64,000 bases of DNA from an uncultured Nitrososphaerales archaeon. GTDB taxonomy: Archaea > Thermoproteota > Nitrososphaeria > Nitrososphaerales > Nitrososphaeraceae. Shown piece by piece: positions 29,140 to 41,089 of the stretch (the first letter of the stretch is position 1; every line of letters begins with the position of its first letter). The translations under genes and the position numbers were made by a program. The notes under the pieces are model-generated. The model was not told where the DNA came from, ran no database searches, and saw nothing but the letters and a program-made list of their open reading frames with translations. The stretch is taken from positions 448,001 through 512,000 of the forward strand of contig CAVOHZ010000008.1 of the NCBI GenBank assembly GCA_963695855.1, in the 5' to 3' direction.

Positions 29140-31263
29140 ATGGTGGATAGTGAAAAAGTACGAAGAATATTTGATGATAATGTTCAAAAAGGTAGCAAAA
29201 TAATTACAGAAGAATCAGCAAAATCCATTTTATCTGAATATGGTATAAAGGTGCCAGAATATTCTATAGTTACTAGTGATTCTGAAGCTCTAGTAAAGTC
29301 AAGAGAAATAGGTTTTCCTCTAGTGGCCAAAATAGTATCTGATCAAATTTTACACAAAACAGATGTACAAGGAGTCAAGGTTGGGTTACAAAATGAAGAG
29401 GAAACAAAAGAAGCATTTTTAGACATGCATGGTCGTCTGTCAAAAGAATATGATGTTAAGGGGGTATTATTAGAAAAGATGGTTCCTAAAGGAATCGAAT
29501 TAATAGTAGGATTACAAAATGATCCTCAATTCGGACCAGTGATCATGCTAGGTCTAGGAGGAATTTATACTGAATTATTTAAGGACATTTGCTTTAGAGT
29601 ACTTCCAATTACAAAAGAAGATGCATTGGATATGATTAATGATTTGAAAGGAAACAAAATTCTTAAAGGATTTAGAGGATCGGAACCTGTTGACTTGGAT
29701 ATTTTATGTGATGCTATTGTTAAAATTGGCAATCTCGGTACTGATATGGCAAAATATATTGATAGCGTAGACTTTAATCCTATTATTGTATATCCTCAAA
29801 ATTACTATGTTGTAGATGCCAAGATTCTATTAAAGACAAGCGTGAATGAAGATACAATTTCTAATTCTGTTCCAGATTCAAGCTATATGGATATCTTTTT
29901 TAATGCTAAATCAATTGCATTAATAGGGGCTTCTCCTGAGGAAAACAAAGTAGGAAATTCTGTTCTCAAAAGCCTTTCAAAATATGATTATAAAGGAAAA
30001 ATTTTTCCCGTGAATGCAAAAGGCTATGACCATATACTTGATCTAAAGGCGTATAAAAGTTTAGACGCCATTGACGAACCAGTTGATTTGGTGATAGTTA
30101 CAGTTGATCTTAAATTTGTTCCAGATATATTGGAAACATGCGGCAAAAAAGGAATCCATAACATGGTCATAATTTCTGGTGGTGGTAAGGAACTTGGTGG
30201 TGAAAGAGCTGAAATAGAGCAAAAAATCAAAGATTTGTCTTCTAAATTACATGTAAGGATAATAGGACCAAATTGTATCGGGATGTTTAATGGAGAAAAT
30301 AGACTTGATTGTGCATTCCAAGGACACGAAAGAATGATACGACCCAAAAAAGGTGACGTCGCATTTTTGTCTCAGAGTGGTACTATTGGAATAGCATTTA
30401 TGGAAACCTCTGACTCCTTTGGAATGAGTAAGATGATCTCATATGGAAACCGTTCCGATGTTGATGAGGCAGATATGATCTGGTATCTTTCTGAAGACCC
30501 TAAAACCTCTGTCATCGGGTTATATGTAGAGGGGCTTGGTGATGGCAGAAAATTTATGAATACTGCCAAGAACGTAATAAAGAATAAGAAAAAACCAATA
30601 GTAGTTTTTAAAAACGGCAGGTCACAACGAGGGGCTAAACAAGCAGAGTCTCATACAGGATCGCTGGGTGGTTCATATGCGGTAGTAAAGGGTGCTTTTG
30701 ATCAAGCCGGAATTATTTCTGTTGATAGCTATGAAGAACTAACTGGTACATTAAAAGCATTGACTTGGCAACCAATTCCGCAAGGAAATAGAGTAGCATT
30801 AGTAACAAATGGAGCAGGACCTGTAATAGCCGCAATAGATCATTTTGAAAGGTTATCTTTAAAGATAGCAGAGATGAGTGAAGAGAGTAAAAAGAAATTT
30901 CATGAACACTATCCTTCAACATATGTTATAGGAAATCCATTGGATGTTACTGGATCCGCTAATGCAGATGATTATAAATTTGCTATACAGACATTCTTAG
31001 ATGATCCCGAAGTCGATATTATTATGCCCTGGTTTGTTTTTCAAGACGACCCATTGGAAGAGACAATAGTAAATATCCTTGCTGATTTTCAGAAAGAGAA
31101 GAAAAAACCTATCTTGATAGGTGCACTCGGAGGACCATTTACTCAAGAAATCTCAAAACGAATAGAAGAAAATAACGTACCTGTTTATCATTCTGTCCTC
31201 TCCTGGGTAACAGCCGCTGGAAGTTTGGCACAATGGTCAAAACTAACTAACAATAATTCTTAA
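29140..31263 (+). CDS. ADP-forming acyl-CoA synthetase, probable 3-hydroxypropionyl-CoA synthetase of the thaumarchaeal 3HP/4HB cycle
   Basis: ATP-grasp-first domain order ([18 protein letters not shown]) then CoA-binding/ligase domains (IIGPNC, SQSG, SHTGSL); resembles the Nmar_1309-type enzyme from recall. Confidence 0.85.
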   Translation: MVDSEKVRRIFDDNVQKGSKIITEESAKSILSEYGIKVPEYSIVTSDSEALVKSREIGFPLVAKIVSDQILHKTDVQGVKVGLQNEEETKEAFLDMHGRLSKEYDVKGVLLEKMVPKGIELIVGLQNDPQFGPVIMLGLGGIYTELFKDICFRVLPITKEDALDMINDLKGNKILKGFRGSEPVDLDILCDAIVKIGNLGTDMAKYIDSVDFNPIIVYPQNYYVVDAKILLKTSVNEDTISNSVPDSSYMDIFFNAKSIALIGASPEENKVGNSVLKSLSKYDYKGKIFPVNAKGYDHILDLKAYKSLDAIDEPVDLVIVTVDLKFVPDILETCGKKGIHNMVIISGGGKELGGERAEIEQKIKDLSSKLHVRIIGPNCIGMFNGENRLDCAFQGHERMIRPKKGDVAFLSQSGTIGIAFMETSDSFGMSKMISYGNRSDVDEADMIWYLSEDPKTSVIGLYVEGLGDGRKFMNTAKNVIKNKKKPIVVFKNGRSQRGAKQAESHTGSLGGSYAVVKGAFDQAGIISVDSYEELTGTLKALTWQPIPQGNRVALVTNGAGPVIAAIDHFERLSLKIAEMSEESKKKFHEHYPSTYVIGNPLDVTGSANADDYKFAIQTFLDDPEVDIIMPWFVFQDDPLEETIVNILADFQKEKKKPILIGALGGPFTQEISKRIEENNVPVYHSVLSWVTAAGSLAQWSKLTNNNS

Positions 31264-31316
31264 TTTTTTTAGATCAGGCAAAATTTATATTGTTTTAAAA
31301 AGATATTAATAATAAA

Positions 31317-31667
31317 ATGGAAAGCTCTCAGCAATCACAAATAGTAACTGTAACCCCAAAAGCTGCAGAAAAGGTTATTGAATTTATGAAGCAAGAAGAA
31401 AAGGAAAGTCTTTTCTTACGAGTCTACGTAACCGGTGGAGGATGCTCCGGATTATCATATGGAATGGGGTTTGAAGAAAATGCAGAAGAAGATGATTATA
31501 TGATTGAACAAAATGGGGTAAAAATCATAATCGATAATTATAGTCAGAGATATCTAAATGGAGCAAGCATAGATTATATAGATAGTCTAATGGGATCTGG
31601 ATTCAAGATTAATAATCCCAACGTAACTAAAAGCTGTTCTTGCGGACACTCATTCTCAACAGAATAA
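31317..31667 (+). CDS. A-type Fe-S carrier (IscA/ErpA/HesB)
   Basis: GGGCSGLSY and CSCGHSF motifs. Confidence 0.93.
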   Translation: MESSQQSQIVTVTPKAAEKVIEFMKQEEKESLFLRVYVTGGGCSGLSYGMGFEENAEEDDYMIEQNGVKIIIDNYSQRYLNGASIDYIDSLMGSGFKINNPNVTKSCSCGHSFSTE

Positions 31668-31843
31668 CAACTTTTTTTAAACATTATATTTTTTCATACG
31701 TTTAGGATCTATCTATTTAATTATTTTTTAAATTTTTTTAATTACATATAAAATCAGTTTAATGATAAACGGATTTTCAAAAAATAAACCAAGGAGATTG
31801 AATAAATTAATTATGCTTTAGCAAAAAGAAAAGAAAAGATATC

Positions 31844-33109
31844 TTATGGCCAAATTCCTCTAATTTTTGTTGCCTCTACAACTCTATTTATAGCAAGTAA
31901 AGTGGCAGCCTTTCTCATATCCACGTTATATTTGTTTAGTGCATCATAAACGTCATGGAATGATTTAGTGATGTTCTTGTCTAGTCTGTTATTTACTTCC
32001 TCTTCAGTCCAATAATCTCTTCTCAAATTTTGTAACCATTCAAAATAAGATACTATTACTCCTCCAGCACTCGCAAGAGTATCTGGTATTACAAGAATTC
32101 CATTCTTGAATAGTATTTCATCAGCCTCTGGGGTTGTTGGACCGTTTGCAGCTTCAGCAACTATTTTTGCCTTTATTTTTTCTGCATTATTCTTTGTTAT
32201 CTGGCTTTCTAAAGCTGCAGGTATTAATATAGTACATTCTGTTTCCAATAGTTCTTCATTTGAAATTGATCTCGATCCATCAAATCCTACTACTGAACCA
32301 GTTTCATTTTTATGTTTCGTCAATGCGTCTACGCTGATTCCTTCACTGTTGGCAATAGCTCCCCGAGAATCTGATGCAGCAATCACTTTTCCACCTTGAT
32401 CATGTACTAATTTTGAAGAATACTGTCCCGCATTGCCAAAACCTTGGACAACTATTGTAGATTCCTTCATGTTTATACCAAGTTCTTTAGCAGCCTCTCT
32501 TACGGTATAAGCAATTCCCCTTCCAGTGGCTTCAGTTCTTCCCAAAGAACCGCCGATAGGAATAGGTTTGCCTGTTATTAGTTCTGGTTGTACAAAATTA
32601 CCTTTAAGTGCAGAGTACGTATCCATCATCCATGACATTTCTTTACCTCCAGTATAGACATCAGGCGCCGGAATATCTGTATAAGGACCAATTATATCAG
32701 CTATCATGTATGCATATCTTCTTGTCATTCTCTCTAGTTCATTTTCTGACATTTCTTTCGGATTGCAATTTATTCCCCCTTTGCCACCACCATAAGGAAT
32801 ATCAGCAATCGCACATTTCCAGGTCATCCACATTGATAAAGCCATAACTTCATCTATTGTAACATCTGGATGGTATCTCATTCCTCCCTTATATGGACCC
32901 CTTGCATCGTTATGTTGAGATCTATATCCTGTAAATACTTTCATGGATCCGTCATCCATCTTTACAGGGATGGATACAGTAAGTACTCTTTTAGGATGAG
33001 CTAATACATCAAACATTCCCTTATCAAGATTAAGAATTTTCGCGGCTTCTTCCAGTTGTTTTAACGCAACTTGAAATATATTAATTTTTTCACTAACATT
33101 TGAAGACAT
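31844..33109 (-). CDS. gdhA: Glutamate dehydrogenase (Glu/Leu/Phe/Val family)
   Basis: GPYKGG.RY, GGGKGG, DIPAPDV, QGFGNAG and EAANGP motifs. Confidence 0.93.
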   Translation of the reverse strand: MSSNVSEKINIFQVALKQLEEAAKILNLDKGMFDVLAHPKRVLTVSIPVKMDDGSMKVFTGYRSQHNDARGPYKGGMRYHPDVTIDEVMALSMWMTWKCAIADIPYGGGKGGINCNPKEMSENELERMTRRYAYMIADIIGPYTDIPAPDVYTGGKEMSWMMDTYSALKGNFVQPELITGKPIPIGGSLGRTEATGRGIAYTVREAAKELGINMKESTIVVQGFGNAGQYSSKLVHDQGGKVIAASDSRGAIANSEGISVDALTKHKNETGSVVGFDGSRSISNEELLETECTILIPAALESQITKNNAEKIKAKIVAEAANGPTTPEADEILFKNGILVIPDTLASAGGVIVSYFEWLQNLRRDYWTEEEVNNRLDKNITKSFHDVYDALNKYNVDMRKAATLLAINRVVEATKIRGIWP

Positions 33110-33151
33110 ATTTCTGTACGTTCTATTTAAATATTGAATAATAAATATATT

Positions 33152-34182
33152 CGCTCATATCTCTAAATGTTTCATCTACTAACGACAAAGAATCTCCATG
33201 AATCTTTGATTTCTTGTCTTCGTTCTGTTATTATCAATAAACTGGAATACCTTGGAATATACCTCTAAATTGTATTTTGTTTACACCCATGAACTTGCTT
33301 ATCATATCTGGTAGAGATTACTTCTTTTGCATTCACAGTTATTTACATGGACTGGACCATTTGCATACTTTTTCTTTCTGTGAATGGCTTATTTGTGTAT
33401 GGAACCATGTTCCTCGAGCTGGTCATATGTTCTATATTTATCTGTAAATATAGTTGAACCATATTCCACTCTGCTGCAGATAATTTCAAGAAGTGACTGT
33501 AGTACAGGAACATCGAAATATGTTATCCCGTTCCTTTGATGAATACAGGTTATCATTGGATGAGATGATCTTTGTAAAATGTTCCTCTTGCCTCAAAGGT
33601 TTTAGCCCTCTTTTCCTGGGTTTTCTTCCTGCTGATTTTACTATCTCATAATTTTACTATCTCATCATGATATGATCTACCTTTCAATCCTGCCTTGATA
33701 TAGAATTCATCACCTTCAACATTACCACCGAGTTTAGTCGAGGAAGAGAAAGAAGGTGATGATGATATTTTTTCCATAACTGTTCTGATGAATCTATAGC
33801 ACTTATGATATGGTACAACTGATTCAAGTGATACATCTCTTATAGAACATTCAGGCCAGAGTACAAAGTATAGATATATTGCCAAAAACGACACCTTCAA
33901 TGGTGTATGTGTGTGAATAATGAAATACGGTACCTTTTTTTGTCATTGAACCGTCTTTCACATTGCTTGCAAAAGTACTTTTGGTACGACTTGTAGAAAC
34001 CGTCTTTCTTTATGTTATAGGACTGACAACATGGACATACTACATTATTCTTCTTCCACCTAACCTCTCGCAGTACGCTTGTACACCAACTTTCATCAGA
34101 AAGACATGTGGTTAAAGTAAACACATCTTTAATGTGTGTTATATAGCTTTAAGCTTGGCTGAAACATTTGTCAATACGAGCG
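33152..34182 (-). mobile_element. IS1595 family (ISH4-like) element, copy 1; transposase pseudogene
   Basis: 1031 bp; imperfect terminal IRs cgctcatatctctaaatgtttca / cgctcgtattgacaaatgtttca; Zn-ribbon CPCC...CKQC and GDEFY motifs split by frameshifts. Confidence 0.9.
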
Positions 34183-34239
34183 GTTATAATAATAAAATAT
34201 CATTAGAAAATATATGCTAATTGGTACCTAAATAGATAT

Positions 34240-34692
34240 CTATAGTATCCTAAAATCTTCCTTTACTATTATAAATACAATATGTGTATTTGTGCGTTCT
34301 ACATATGGCAATGATAAATCTTTTTTTACAAAATTACTGAGTTCATCTCTATTTCTAAACTTTGCGACAATTAACATGTCGGTCAAACCAGTAATATCAT
34401 AGATTGCACATACGTTTTGGTATTTCGATATGATCCTTTCTACTTCAACCACCTTATTTTTAACTGCGGTAACTTCAATTATTGCTGTTAAATCATACCC
34501 TAATTTTTCGTGATCGAGTATTGCTGAATATGATTTGATAATGCTATTTTTTTCTAACTTTTCTACTCTAGAGAGTACAGTAGGAGGAGAAACTCCAATT
34601 TGGTAAGCAATCGCACGATATGATAATCTGGCATCAGAGATCAATTTTTTAAGTATCTTTATGTCTAAATCATCAAAAGAAATAGTGGTCAT
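34240..34692 (-). CDS. Lrp/AsnC family transcriptional regulator
   Basis: DDLD..IL..L..DAR.S...IA..IGVS..TV..R HTH plus AsnC effector domain. Confidence 0.92.
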   Translation of the reverse strand: MTTISFDDLDIKILKKLISDARLSYRAIAYQIGVSPPTVLSRVEKLEKNSIIKSYSAILDHEKLGYDLTAIIEVTAVKNKVVEVERIISKYQNVCAIYDITGLTDMLIVAKFRNRDELSNFVKKDLSLPYVERTNTHIVFIIVKEDFRIL

Positions 34693-34907
34693 TATTATTC
34701 ATTCCTCTTTTGTGCTTTTAATACTTTACAAATATAAAGTATTTAAATACTTTTGGTTGTCATCCGTTATTAAAACATGTAAATTTACTTTTGTACTTAA
34801 AATTTTTCCCTGATTAAGTTATCTACATAAGAACTGCTTATACGAAAGAAATCTTTTACTGTATTTTATAAATAAGTCAAACAGAAAAAATTACAAAAGC
34901 TGTTAGA

Positions 34908-35261
34908 CTATGTTAAATATATATGCTTTTTATACGATTTGTCCTTGTATATATCATCTATAAATTTGGAAAATACTGATTGAATAACAAAATTCTTTTG
35001 TAATTCTACATAGTTATCAGAGATTGATTGGATTGTGTTAATATTTTGTTGTTGATATTTGTTTGCTAAATCTATACTTTTTTCAAGACTGTAATTATTT
35101 TTCTTTTGATATTCATTGATAGTATTAGTAATACTATTTGTTGTATCTACAATATTTGACATGATATTTTCTATCAGTTGTCTTTGATTGTCTATAAAAT
35201 TCACTTTACCTTCTTTTATAAAATCACTTTGATTTTTATTTTCGTCTTTCAGGTTTGTCAT
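34908..35261 (-). CDS. Helical Asn/Gln-rich hypothetical protein, possibly truncated
   Basis: 117-aa ORF with amphipathic helical character (KYQQQNINTIQSISDNYVELQKN). Confidence 0.55.
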   Translation of the reverse strand: MTNLKDENKNQSDFIKEGKVNFIDNQRQLIENIMSNIVDTTNSITNTINEYQKKNNYSLEKSIDLANKYQQQNINTIQSISDNYVELQKNFVIQSVFSKFIDDIYKDKSYKKHIYLT

Positions 35262-35473
35262 ATAATAAACAATTTTATCTTAGATTTCTATATCTTATAA
35301 CCTATAATAAAAAGTAAAAATTAGATAAAATTATACTAAAATATGTATAAAATAGATATTTTTTATCAAGTATCATATTATTAGCAATTTACTTGTTTCT
35401 TTTATCAAAAAAAATCGAAATCATCATTATTATCTTCGATTCATGATAAGAGAGACGTTTTTATGTCACATCC

Positions 35474-36545
35474 TATACTGACTAACTAAATATCGTAGAT
35501 ACATTTTTTAGCTAACTATCGTTTGTTACATATTACATTTGCATTCTCAATTAGATAAGGCATACAGGCGAGAATCCAATCCAGATGTAAGAGAAAGAAT
35601 ACTTCTTGTCAGACGCGTATTAGAAGATAAACAACATATCGTAAATGTAGCAAAAGAATTGCATAGATGTAGAGCATGTGCTTACAAATGGTACAAGAGA
35701 TATACTGAGGAGGGATTAAAAGGATTAAAAGACAAAACAAAAACTCGCAGACCTCCATCAGTACCAAAGGATGTAATGGTAAGGATTAGAAAAGAACTAG
35801 CAGAAAGCAATACAGGATGAGATTTTAGACAGGTAATGGATCTGATATACAGAAAGACAGGAGTAAGATATCATGAGGTACATATCTACTGTCTATTACA
35901 CAAATGGGGTTTCAAGTCAAAGGTACCACAGAAAAGATTTGTAAATAATGCTTCTACAAAGGAAAAGAAGAAATTTAAAAAAGAGTAAAACAGATTCTTG
36001 ACAATTTAAAATCAGACTGGACTGTACTTGTACAGGATGAATCCATATTTGTATACGATTATCCGATAAAAAGAAAAAAATGGATATCTGCAGGTAAAAG
36101 ACCTGTAGTAACAGTTACTGGTTCTCGTAAAAAGAATATTGTATTTGGCTCTCTATCTTTAGATAGTAAACAGTTATTCAAACAATATGATAAATTTAAC
36201 AGCAATACATTTGTTGACTACTTAAAACATGTACAGAAAAGATTTGGTAAATGATAGTATTTGTTGATAGAGCAACACCACATTGTTCAAAGATTACAAG
36301 AAGATTTCTTAATTCTAATACCGATAACATCAGACTGGAATATCTTCCTGTTGGTTCACCAGAGTTTAATGCAGTAGAAGAATGCTGGAGACAGGGTAAG
36401 TATCATATACTTTCTACCTATTATCCATTGTTTGATAATCTAAAAGATACAATTTCATATTATTACAGAACTACAAGATTCAAACTGGATATTGTAATGT
36501 ACCTAATGAGAACAATAGATTAGCGAAATTATGTTAGGCAGTATA
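35474..36545 (+). mobile_element. IS630 family element, transposase pseudogene
   Basis: IRs tatactgactaac / gttaggcagtata with TA ends; HTH ORF 35539-35820 ending at a premature TGA, A-rich frameshift near 35980, QDES motif and DDE-end ORF (DRATPH, SPEFNAVEECW). Confidence 0.88.
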
Positions 36546-36566
36546 ATTTGTGAATTATAAACTATA

Positions 36567-37333
36567 CTAAGATATTATACAAATTTTTGGCAATGTTATT
36601 TTATGTTTATTCTTAGATGAGAGATGTTTTACAAATAGTATATCATTTTTATCAATTCCTTTTTTTAGTAGATCCTTATTTGCATCTTCTGAAATGTTTT
36701 CAGCTAAATTTTTCAAAATAGTATCAATCTTTTCATATTCCATTCCAATTTCATCTTCTGCAGTTTGGTCTTTCCATAAAGAAGGACTGCTTTTTTTAGC
36801 AATATTTTTTTTGCAAGATTTAGATATTTAGCTAATTCTCTTACTTCGGTTTTGTAAAGGTCTGCTAATGGAAGAATATCCGCTGCACCATCTCCAAATT
36901 TAGTAAAATATCCAATCATCAATTCAGTTTTATCCGACGTACCTAAAACTAATTTATGGTCAATATTTGCATAGTAATAAATAAAATTCATGCGAATTCT
37001 GGCAGTAAGATTAGCTATGGATATTTTTTCTAGAGGCAATATATCTATATACTTTTGTTTTATTTCAGTAATGTCTATGATATGGTAGTTTATACCTACT
37101 TTTTGAGATAATTCAATAGCATCATCTATATCACTCTGCTGTGAGACTTTTTTATCTGGAAGAATTAAGCCTAATACTTTATTATTGCCCAATGCTTTAG
37201 TAGCTAAATATAAGGCAACAGAGGAGTCAATTCCACCACTTAATCCCAATACGGCTCCTTGAGAATTGGATGTTGTAACTTCATTTCGAATAAATTCAAT
37301 AATACAATTTTCAATATATAATAGGTCCAACAT
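36567..37333 (-). CDS. nadE: NH3-dependent NAD+ synthetase, frameshifted near 36790-36812 (possibly a sequencing artefact)
   Basis: GLSGGIDS, NLTARIRM and GYFTKFGDG motifs; C-terminus KKSSPSLWKDQTAEDEIG...KNKHK...* continues in another frame to 36567. Confidence 0.88.
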
Positions 37334-37447
37334 TTGCCATTCTTATTAATTAAATATTACTATTAAATCGATCTTTTATTTTTTTTGGATTGATGACTAT
37401 ACAACTATAATAACATTAACAAAAGTAATCAATGAGTAAAATCTATT

Positions 37448-38478
37448 CGCTCGTATTGACAAATGTTTCAGCCAAGCTTAAAGCTATATAACACACATTA
37501 AAGATGTGTTTACTTTAACCACATGTCTTTCTGATGAAAGTTGGTGTACAAGCGTACTGCGAGAGGTTAGGTGGAAGAAGAATAATGTAGTATGTCCATG
37601 TTGTCAGTCCTATAACATAAAGAAAGACGGTTTCTACAAGTCGTACCAAAAGTACTTTTGCAAGCAATGTGAAAGACGGTTCAATGACAAAAAAAGGTAC
37701 CGTATTTCATTATTCACACACATACACCATTGAAGGTGTCGTTTTTGGCAATATATCTATACTTTGTACTCTGGCCTGAATGTTCTATAAGAGATGTATC
37801 ACTTGAATCAGTTGTACCATATCATAAGTGCTATAGATTCATCAGAACAGTTATGGAAAAAATATCATCATCACCTTCTTTCTCTTCCTCGACTAAACTC
37901 GGTGGTAATGTTGAAGGTGATGAATTCTATATCAAGGCAGGATTGAAAGGTAGATCATATCATGATGAGATAGTAAAATTATGAGATAGTAAAATCAGCA
38001 GGAAGAAAACCCAGGAAAAGAGGGCTAAAACCTTTGAGGCAAGAGGAACATTTTACAAAGATCATCTCATCCAATGATAACCTGTATTCATCAAAGGAAC
38101 GGGATAACATATTTCGATGTTCCTGTACTACAGTCACTTCTTGAAATTATCTGCAGCAGAGTGGAATATGGTTCAACTATATTTACAGATAAATATAGAA
38201 CATATGACCAGCTCGAGGAACATGGTTCCATACACAAATAAGCCATTCACAGAAAGAAAAAGTATGCAAATGGTCCAGTCCATGTAAATAACTGTGAATG
38301 CAAAAGAAGTAATCTCTACCAGATATGATAAGCAAGTTCATGGGTGTAAACAAAATACAATTTAGAGGTATATTCCAAGGTATTCCAGTTTATTGATAAT
38401 AACAGAACGAAGACAAGAAATCAAAGATTCATGGAGATTCTTTGTCGTTAGTAGATGAAACATTTAGAGATATGAGCG
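37448..38478 (+). mobile_element. IS1595 family (ISH4-like) element, copy 2, inverted relative to copy 1
   Basis: Same 1031-bp length, same ends and identical translated fragments as 33152-34182. Confidence 0.9.
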
Positions 38479-38939
38479 ATTCTTTTTAACTAAATAATAA
38501 CGAAAACAGTAGTTGAGCAACAAATCACCATCAAATAAAGAAAATTTTCTAATCTAATTTAATATACTGAAAAAATTTACCTCTATCAAAAAAATTCTTT
38601 CCTTTCCACCCGATAATAGTAAGAATTGTTCTAATTAGTAAACTTGCTATTTTGTTATATTCATAAGTGAGCAATTGTAAATCTCTCAACCCAGAATATA
38701 CAATCCCTTTTGTATTCGGAATAGGTTCAAAGTTAACAGTCTTGCAATTAACTTGGTAGTATATAATGTAAAGTAAAAGTGATTATTTTAGATTGTTGCT
38801 TCTGAATCAAGTTGTTCATAAATAATAAAACAAAGTAATTAGTTTTAGTTTACATAAATAACTTATGAATATCTTTACAAAACTGTTAACAATATCGATT
38901 TTGCTATAATGACTATTACCAAAAAATTATAATTTAGGT

Positions 38940-39968
38940 TTATAGTTTGTCATCATTCGAGATAGAGATTGATATACTTTCATTAACAACTTTAATCAAT
39001 TTATATATCGATATAGGCTTCTTTAGAATGTTAAATTTATAATTACATTCTAGGTCATCAGAAGTGCTCATTATAATTACATTCATTTTAGGATTTATTT
39101 CTAACAGTCTAGTAGCCAAAAATAATCCATTCATTCGTGACATTCTATCGTTGGTAATTAGTAATGAGTATTTACTCAAATTTTTCTTGATGTGCTTATA
39201 TGCTAATAGTGGATCAGTAAAAGAACAAACATCATAGCCATTCATTTTTAATGTCTCACTGAATAAGTTTACTAGATAGGCATCATCGTCAACTATAGCT
39301 ATAGATTTGTTAAATTTTTGCAATTTGCTGTGAACTTTTAATTGGTTGTTTGCTTCTTTAAGTTGCTCATACAATTCTGCTTGTATCCAAAGACTTTCAA
39401 ATATAGAAGCATATGATGAAGCAATACACTTGCTATTAGAGTAGGCAGCCAATCCTGATGCATCATAAGAACTATCCTTTGTATCATCTTTTGTTTCTAT
39501 AATTAGAGATTCGTTTTTATCAACTACTACAATTCCAATCCTAGTATCCAAGCTCATCTCAATAGCCCTAATATCTATCTCAGGAAATACCAACATTACT
39601 TCATTTACTATCTGTCTAATTTGCTTCTCATCAGCATGGATTAATACTCTAACTTTTATATCATTTTCTAGTACTTCCTTAAATAGATGCATTATACCCA
39701 TACGTGTTTGACGTCGAAACGCATGAATTGAGGGAAATATTCTTAGTACTTCTTGTTCTGCTGATTTTATTAGGTCATAAGCTAGCTTTATTGATTCCCT
39801 AGGATTTTGAATAATCTCTATGTTAGATGATCTAATTCCTCCTTCCTCTCCTCCTTCTTCTATTCTTCTTTTAGTGACCAATTTATTCAGTTTGGAGTAT
39901 AATTCTTTTAGTAGCTCTCTTCTGGATAACTCCGTCATTTTTCTTTTTATTTTTATACTGAAAATCAT
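38940..39968 (-). CDS. Chimeric signalling protein: histidine-kinase-associated sensor domain fused directly to a receiver domain
   Basis: IEIIQNP...IKSAEQEVL...SYASIFESLW.QAELYEQLK then SIAIVDDD...KKP receiver; no HisKA/HATPase between them. Confidence 0.7.
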   Translation of the reverse strand: MIFSIKIKRKMTELSRRELLKELYSKLNKLVTKRRIEEGGEEGGIRSSNIEIIQNPRESIKLAYDLIKSAEQEVLRIFPSIHAFRRQTRMGIMHLFKEVLENDIKVRVLIHADEKQIRQIVNEVMLVFPEIDIRAIEMSLDTRIGIVVVDKNESLIIETKDDTKDSSYDASGLAAYSNSKCIASSYASIFESLWIQAELYEQLKEANNQLKVHSKLQKFNKSIAIVDDDAYLVNLFSETLKMNGYDVCSFTDPLLAYKHIKKNLSKYSLLITNDRMSRMNGLFLATRLLEINPKMNVIIMSTSDDLECNYKFNILKKPISIYKLIKVVNESISISISNDDKL

Positions 39969-40191
39969 ATATTATTGCAGAAACATCATTTTTTTCTCTA
40001 TCTCTAAAAGCTTGTTGTTTACAATTATTATTTTTATCTGCTTGAACACATATACATGGCTTTATTGGGATACCATCATCAAGTCTCCATACTTTAAAGC
40101 CCAATGCTGATCCAAGAGAAATGTAGCTACTAATTGTAAATCCAAGAATTGAGTATATGATTTGTTTTAGATTTTCTAATATCACTGACAA
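39883..40191 (-). pseudogene. Probable frameshifted N-terminal membrane-anchor fragment of the sensor gene
   Basis: Hydrophobic N-terminus (IIYSILGFTISSYISLGSALGF); overlaps the downstream ORF in a different frame. Confidence 0.35.
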
Positions 40192-41089
40192 TAGTATTAT
40201 ATATTGATGAATATAAAGCTCTCCTTCAAAAAACTAATCAATTGAAAAGTAATAGCTTCTAAAACCTTACACATTTTAATTACTATATATAGAATAAGAA
40301 ATAGGCTTGTCAAATGTTAAGCAAGTCTTTCAGACTCCTATAATAATATAGATTGTAATAAGTGTTTGGTTAATGTCTCTATCTATACCAAAGAGAATAT
40401 TTATTATCATATCAGTTAATTCAGTAATATCATACATTAGAAAATTTGGTGCTGTTAAGTTAATTTCTCTTTCTTTAATAAAATGAATTTTATTTCTGAA
40501 TTATAGAAATATAAAATAATCTATTCCAATTGTATACATGTCATAGATCACAATTTTATTTATTGTTATTGTTAATACCTGGATAATAATCATCAAAACA
40601 TTCGGTATTTTTTAGGAAAAATACAGGCTTGAGGATGATGTTATGTTCTACCATCTCTATACATAGTACATGTTTTCCATATTTGTCAGCTAATGATCTA
40701 ATGAATTTTTCAGCAATAGGCATGTTTCTCTCCTCTGATATATAGATTCCAAGCACAGAACTATACTGGTCCTATACAAAACTATAACCAGAAATGCTAG
40801 GTACCAATTTGAATAATGGTTTCATCTATTATTAAATGCTTATACTTTTTTTCTTTTGTGAATATGACATGAACCAAATCTCTGGATCCAATTCCAAACA
40901 GAAACATAACTTCTTTTCTTATCTCTAAAGATAACGAATGTTTTAGACGTATTTCTAAAACTTAAACCAAGAAAATACAAATACAAAGAATACGTAACAG
41001 GAAAAGTAGACGTTCTATTTCTTTCAAATTTAATTTTCATATAATAGATAGGATATTCTTAGCTATAGCGTTGACTGGTAAACTTAACA

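Noticed and set aside
33152-38478. Composite transposon carrying nadE
   Set aside because: The outer flanks (aatatatt vs attctttt) show no target duplication and both transposases are broken
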